64,000 bases of DNA from contig CBDFIQ010000001.1 of assembly GCA_965248195.1 (NCBI GenBank), positions 544,001 through 608,000 on the forward strand. The letters run 5' to 3'. Positions 59,668-64,000 of the stretch are shown piece by piece. The translations under genes were made by a program, and so were the position numbers. Numbering within the stretch: the stretch's first letter is position 1; every line of letters starts with the position of its first letter. The DNA is from Longimicrobiales bacterium. Lineage in GTDB: Bacteria; Gemmatimonadota; Gemmatimonadetes; Longimicrobiales; Gaopeijiaceae. Under the pieces are notes generated by a model, which worked only from the letters and a program-made list of their open reading frames with translations, had not been told where the DNA came from and did not search any database.

Positions 59668-59847
59668 CTACCGTAGACTCGCCTCGATATTGCCTCCGTC
59701 GACCGTCAGTGTCGCCGCGGTGGTCTTGCGGGCCAGGTAGGCCACGGTGACGAATTCGTCGGGCAGACGGGTCTGGTCGATGATCTCCGCGGTCCGACCG
59801 TCCCTTCCCCCCCAGATCGTTCGGTAGGCCCTGCCGCCGACGTTCAC
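59668..59847 (-). pseudogene. Chimeric remnant: mtnA 5' end fused to the 3' end of an aldolase/short-chain dehydrogenase gene
   Basis: 59-aa [62 protein letters not shown], coupled to the apt stop (GTGA). Confidence 0.8.
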
Positions 59848-60371
59848 TCGCCCTCGAACTCCACCAACGTCAGGACGGGCACACCTTTTTTTTCCAAACG
59901 CTTACGACCGCCCAGGTCGGGCAGATCCACGACGAACGAGCAGCCCACGATCTCCGCTCCCGCCCGGCGCAAGAGGTCGAGGGTGGCGAGTGCTGTGCCG
60001 CCCGTGGCGATCAAGTCGTCCACCACCAGCACCGTCTCGCCCTCGGCGACGGCGTCCCGGTGAATTTCAACACGGTCGGTACCGTACTCCAGCTCATAAT
60101 CTTGGCCGATGGTTTCCCACGGCAGCTTGCCCTTTTTGCGCACCGGTATGAAACCGGTGCGGAGTTGGTGGGCAACCGCCCCACCGATGATGAAGCCCCG
60201 GGCCTCGATCCCCGCCACCGCGTCGATGTGCTTTCCGACGAAGGGCTGAACCAGATCGTCCACCAGTTTCCGGAACCCGAACGCATCTTTCAGCAGCGTG
60301 GTGATATCGCGGAATTGTATGCCGGGCCTTGGGTAACCCGGGATCGTGCGGATGCGGGATTTCAGCGGCAT
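59844..60371 (-). CDS. apt: Adenine phosphoribosyltransferase
   Basis: [38 protein letters not shown]. Confidence 0.97.
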   Translation of the reverse strand: MPLKSRIRTIPGYPRPGIQFRDITTLLKDAFGFRKLVDDLVQPFVGKHIDAVAGIEARGFIIGGAVAHQLRTGFIPVRKKGKLPWETIGQDYELEYGTDRVEIHRDAVAEGETVLVVDDLIATGGTALATLDLLRRAGAEIVGCSFVVDLPDLGGRKRLEKKGVPVLTLVEFEGE

Positions 60372-60520
60372 GGGCGTTTCCTAGTCACGGGTTCAAGACG
60401 CGGCCGGCCACCGCCACGTCTACGGTCTTGGCCGCTGCCGCCGACGACCCCGAGCACGGGCTTCGATACGGTCATACACGCCCTTCGGATTAGTGAACGT
60501 CGGTGCGAATCAACGATTCC

Positions 60521-60554
60521 CCTGAGTCGTGACCTCGCCTGAGTCGCGACCTCG
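60521..60554 (+). repeat. 17-bp tandem direct repeat
   Basis: CCTGAGTCGTGACCTCG / CCTGAGTCGCGACCTCG. Confidence 0.85.
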
Positions 60555-60568
60555 ATGGAGGCAACCCC

Positions 60569-61111
60569 TCAGCGGATCAACTCATTGACGAATCCAGTGG
60601 GAAGAGCGTCGTGCGGATCGGCCCGGACGCTGAGGTACGTGACCTCATCGGGAATGAGCGTCCATGCGTGTAGCACCCCGGCCGGGATCACCACGATATC
60701 GCCTTCCGAGATCTCGCGAATTTGTCCGCCCCTGGACTCTCCGCTAAACGAAGGCCCTATGACGTCGTTTTCGAACGGCTCGGTCGCGTTTACGATTTCG
60801 CCACCCGTCAGGAGAGTGCCCCCACCCGACAGGATGTAGTAGACCTCGGTAACCTGAGCATGAATTAGCCCCGTGAGGGCCCCGTCGGTATCGTTGTCCC
60901 CGGTTCGATGAAGGATCCCAACCGCCACGTTTCCGATGCTGATGTCGACCACCTTCAGCTGGCGGTCGATCGAGCTGCCCATGCTCTCGAGAACGATGTT
61001 GATGTCCTCACGGGTGATGTCGACGGCAGACGTCTGCTGCGCAACGGTCACCACTGGGAAAAACGTCACAAGGGCCGTCACCAGAAGCGGGGCTCGCTCG
61101 CGCATGCTCAC
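60569..61111 (-). CDS. Secreted cupin-domain protein
   Basis: Signal peptide; HAQVTEVYYILSG and GDIVVIPAGVLH cupin motifs. Confidence 0.85.
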   Translation of the reverse strand: MSMRERAPLLVTALVTFFPVVTVAQQTSAVDITREDINIVLESMGSSIDRQLKVVDISIGNVAVGILHRTGDNDTDGALTGLIHAQVTEVYYILSGGGTLLTGGEIVNATEPFENDVIGPSFSGESRGGQIREISEGDIVVIPAGVLHAWTLIPDEVTYLSVRADPHDALPTGFVNELIR

Positions 61112-61373
61112 TCCTCTGAAACAGTATTCTCGTCAGATCACGCTTACCTGACTGTGCGTACACAGTACAGTGAGGGTCCGCAGAGTAATCCGCGCAGGCT
61201 GGTCTAGCAACGAGACGAGGCTACGTCTGCCTACCGCCTACGACCTACGGTTGCACCAGGCCGTACCAGTCAGGGTCGGACCAGTCCGATCCTTTGCTTT
61301 GCGATCTTTGAAGGGGATTCTATGTTCGACCTTCGTACGGGTGTTGCAGAGAGGCCGCCATACGGAGATTCGA

Positions 61374-62489
61374 ATGGCCGAAGTTCGGGTCCTGGTAGGG
61401 ACGAAAAAGGGCGCGTTCGTGATTACCTCCGATGGAGCTCGTCGCGACTGGAAGATCGAGGGCCCGCATTTCGGGGGCTGGGAGGTCATGCACGTTCAGG
61501 GGTCGCCCGCCGAGGCCGATCGACTCTACGCCTCGCAATGGACCGACTGGCACGGCCAGGTGGTGCAGCGCTCCGACGACGGGGGAGGGTCATGGGAGAC
61601 CGTGGGCAACGAGTTTTCGTACGAGGGTGTCACCGGCACACACCAGTGGTACGATGGCACTCCACACCCGTGGGAATTCAAGCGGGTCTGGCACCTGAAA
61701 CCCTCGCCTGACGATCCGGACACGGTTTACGCCGGGGTCGAGGATGCTGCGCTCTTCCGCTCGAGTGACGGCGGTCACACGTGGACGGAGCTCGCGGGGC
61801 TGAGGACGCACTCGACCGGGCAGGATTGGACGCCCGGGGCTGGCGGTATGTGCCTCCATACGATCCTCATCGACCCTGGGAACCCCGAGCGGATGTACGT
61901 AGCGATATCGGCAGCCGGGGCGTTCCGCAGCGACGACGGCGGCGCGTCGTGGCACGTGGCGACGAATGGACTGAGCTCAAGCATCATCCCCGAGCCAGAG
62001 GCCCCGATCGGCCACTGCGTCCATAAGCTCGTGATGCATCCGGCCCGTCCTGACACCGTTTTCATGCAGAAACACTGGGATGTTTGCCGCACCGACGACG
62101 CCGGAGAGTCGTGGACGGAGGTCAGCGGTAACCTGCCATCCGACTTTGGTTTTCCGATCGCCGTTCACGCCCACGAGCCCGACACGATTTTCGTGGTCCC
62201 CATCCTCAGCGACACGGAGCACTATCCGCCGGAGGGAAAACTGCGCGTATTCCGAAGCCGCTCGGGAGGCAACGAGTGGGAAGCGCTCACCAAGGGCCTC
62301 CCTCAGAGCAACTGCTACGTGAACGTCTTGCGTGACGCAATGGCGGTGGACTCACTCGACTCCTGCGGGATCTACTTCGGCACGACGGGCGGGCAGGTCT
62401 ACGCGTCCGCGGACGCCGGCGACACGTGGGGGACGATCGCGGATCACCTACCCAGAGTGTCTTCGGTGGAGGTCCAGACGATCCCGTGA
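61374..62489 (+). CDS. Cytoplasmic BNR/Asp-box beta-propeller (sialidase-like) protein
   Basis: [10 protein letters not shown], repeated SxDGGxxW, GGMCLH, GHCVHK, LPSDFGF; no signal peptide; GGAG RBS. Confidence 0.88.
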   Translation: MAEVRVLVGTKKGAFVITSDGARRDWKIEGPHFGGWEVMHVQGSPAEADRLYASQWTDWHGQVVQRSDDGGGSWETVGNEFSYEGVTGTHQWYDGTPHPWEFKRVWHLKPSPDDPDTVYAGVEDAALFRSSDGGHTWTELAGLRTHSTGQDWTPGAGGMCLHTILIDPGNPERMYVAISAAGAFRSDDGGASWHVATNGLSSSIIPEPEAPIGHCVHKLVMHPARPDTVFMQKHWDVCRTDDAGESWTEVSGNLPSDFGFPIAVHAHEPDTIFVVPILSDTEHYPPEGKLRVFRSRSGGNEWEALTKGLPQSNCYVNVLRDAMAVDSLDSCGIYFGTTGGQVYASADAGDTWGTIADHLPRVSSVEVQTIP

Positions 62490-62788
62490 CTACGGTCAGG
62501 GTCGCGCTCTCTGCGCATCTGCGGACGCTTGCGAGGGTCGAGGGCGAGCTGACGCTCGAGGTCGCAGACCCCCCGACGGTCACCACGGTTCTGAACGCTC
62601 TCGAGTCTCGCTACCCGATGCTGCGAGGCACGATTCGCGACCACGGAACGGATCGGCGACGCCCGTTCATCCGCTTCTTCGCCTGCGGACGCGACCTCTC
62701 GCACGACCCACCGGACGCGCGGCTCCCCGGCCCTGTGAGCTCCGGGACCGACGCCCTTTGTGTGGTCGGTGCGATCGCCGGCGGATGA
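62486..62788 (+). CDS. MoaD/ThiS family ubiquitin-like protein
   Basis: Beta-grasp-like size and pattern, C-terminal AIAGG; GTG overlaps the upstream stop. Confidence 0.88.
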   Translation: MTTVRVALSAHLRTLARVEGELTLEVADPPTVTTVLNALESRYPMLRGTIRDHGTDRRRPFIRFFACGRDLSHDPPDARLPGPVSSGTDALCVVGAIAGG

Positions 62789-62825
62789 GGGCGCTGCACC
62801 AGTTTGTCGATCACACCCACAGATG

Positions 62826-64000
62826 TCACCCCGCAGGCCGTGTGATCTGCTCCAACACCCTATCCCGGTCCAGGGTGCGTCTCTCGAACGTGAAGACCCG
62901 AAGCACTCTCGTCGTGGAATAGAGCCCCTCGGCCAGGCGCGGGAGGTCAATGAGTCCCGGAAGGCCGCTGGGACCGAGGCGCTGCACCTGCCCCGTGCGC
63001 CGCTCCACCAACAAGTTGAGCTGGAACATGGCTCGTTTAGCCGGAAAGTCGATGAACACCTCGCCCGGCTCGAGGCCGACTTCGTCGGCCAGGCTATCCT
63101 CGACCCCCCGCTTCAGCGAAGTCTCAGAGAGCGCCCAGTCCTCCACGACCCGATCCCCCAACTCCGCAGCCGTCACCTCCAGTGCGCGCTTCGGAAGCCT
63201 CCGGGCTCTGAGCGCAGGAAGCCATCTCGTGGCCAGCCGCTCTCCAACCTCCGTATCCGATGCCTGGGCCCGCCGCGCCGTCTCGTACAACAACTCTTCG
63301 TCGGTGGGGCCCACGAGCTCCTCCGCGTCTAGGATATTCGCACTTACGGCCTCGTTGATAATCCTCTTGTACAGAGCGGCAGCGGCACGAACCCCGTGGT
63401 GCCAGTACACGTTTCTGAACATCTGATACTTCGCGAAGAGCAGCGACTCCAGGGCGCTGACGGCCTTCTCGTACACGCCCACCTCGGACGCGCCGGTCTC
63501 GGGGTCGGTGAGGATGGCGAACCCCTGCAGCAGACGATCGACGTCCACCTCCCCGTAAGGGACCCCGCAAAAGCGCGCGTCGCGCCGAAGGTACTCCATC
63601 TTGTCGAGGTCGAGACTTCCGGAGACCAGCCCGCCGAACGGGTTTCCACTCCGGCCCTGGATCAGCGAGTGGATCTTTTGCCCCGCATCCTCGCCCAACG
63701 TCGAGAGTGCTTCCTTGAGCTCCGCGGAGGCAAAAAAGCGGGCGCTCACCGCTTCGTGGTCACCGGGGAGCATGTCGGAGCCCAGCTCCTCGAGAGCGTG
63801 CGAGAAGGCGTAATGTCCGATGTCGTGGAGAAGGGCCGCATACGGAACGAGCCCGGCCTCTTGCCATAGCTCTTCGGGGATCCCGCCGCACTCCCTCAAG
63901 CGGCGCAGCGCAATCACCGCCAAGTGATATACACCGACAGCGTGATCGAAACGAGTGTGGGTCGCGCCCGGGTAGACCAGGTGCGTGAATCCGAGTTGTT
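62826..64000 (-). CDS. HD-domain phosphohydrolase, SAMHD1/YwfO-like dNTPase family (5' end outside the window)
   Basis: QLGFTHLVYPGATHTRFDH, LLHDIGH..FSHALE, DLDKMEYLRRD, VYWH. Confidence 0.92.
   Translation of the reverse strand, partial: QLGFTHLVYPGATHTRFDHAVGVYHLAVIALRRLRECGGIPEELWQEAGLVPYAALLHDIGHYAFSHALEELGSDMLPGDHEAVSARFFASAELKEALSTLGEDAGQKIHSLIQGRSGNPFGGLVSGSLDLDKMEYLRRDARFCGVPYGEVDVDRLLQGFAILTDPETGASEVGVYEKAVSALESLLFAKYQMFRNVYWHHGVRAAAALYKRIINEAVSANILDAEELVGPTDEELLYETARRAQASDTEVGERLATRWLPALRARRLPKRALEVTAAELGDRVVEDWALSETSLKRGVEDSLADEVGLEPGEVFIDFPAKRAMFQLNLLVERRTGQVQRLGPSGLPGLIDLPRLAEGLYSTTRVLRVFTFERRTLDRDRVLEQITRPAG

Noticed and set aside
62826..64000. HD protein as a defence dNTPase
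   Set aside because: Matches the widespread housekeeping YwfO-like family; no supporting context, and the gene is truncated by the window.

Overview
GC-rich bacterial chromosomal segment. The gene set (VPS10/BNR proteins, DUF2723, DUF6526, TonB receptors, secreted M28/HpcH/cupin proteins) suggests a Gemmatimonadota-like diderm, but this is inference only. About 50 CDSs, mostly metabolic, envelope or housekeeping: YhaO/YhaN-like pair, pgeF, sucA, ctaA, trpE, a Btu/Fec-type ABC importer, rsgA, two sigma factors, apt. No rRNA, tRNA or CRISPR array was recognised. Highlights: (1) a six-gene cluster matching itaconate/methylsuccinate/mesaconate (C5-dicarboxylate) catabolism; (2) a catalytically degenerate SbcCD-like pair whose nuclease gene is cleanly split by an IS256 element with a 9-bp target duplication; (3) a 305-bp highly structured non-coding element with 32-bp terminal inverted repeats; (4) a hidden 59-codon mtnA/SDR chimera marking a deleted salvage operon; (5) a His-less kinase plus V4R protein divergent from an ECF sigma-PspA operon; (6) an LPMO-like protein with a duplicated N-terminal His motif. 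All family calls come from motif recognition by eye; no database searches were run.
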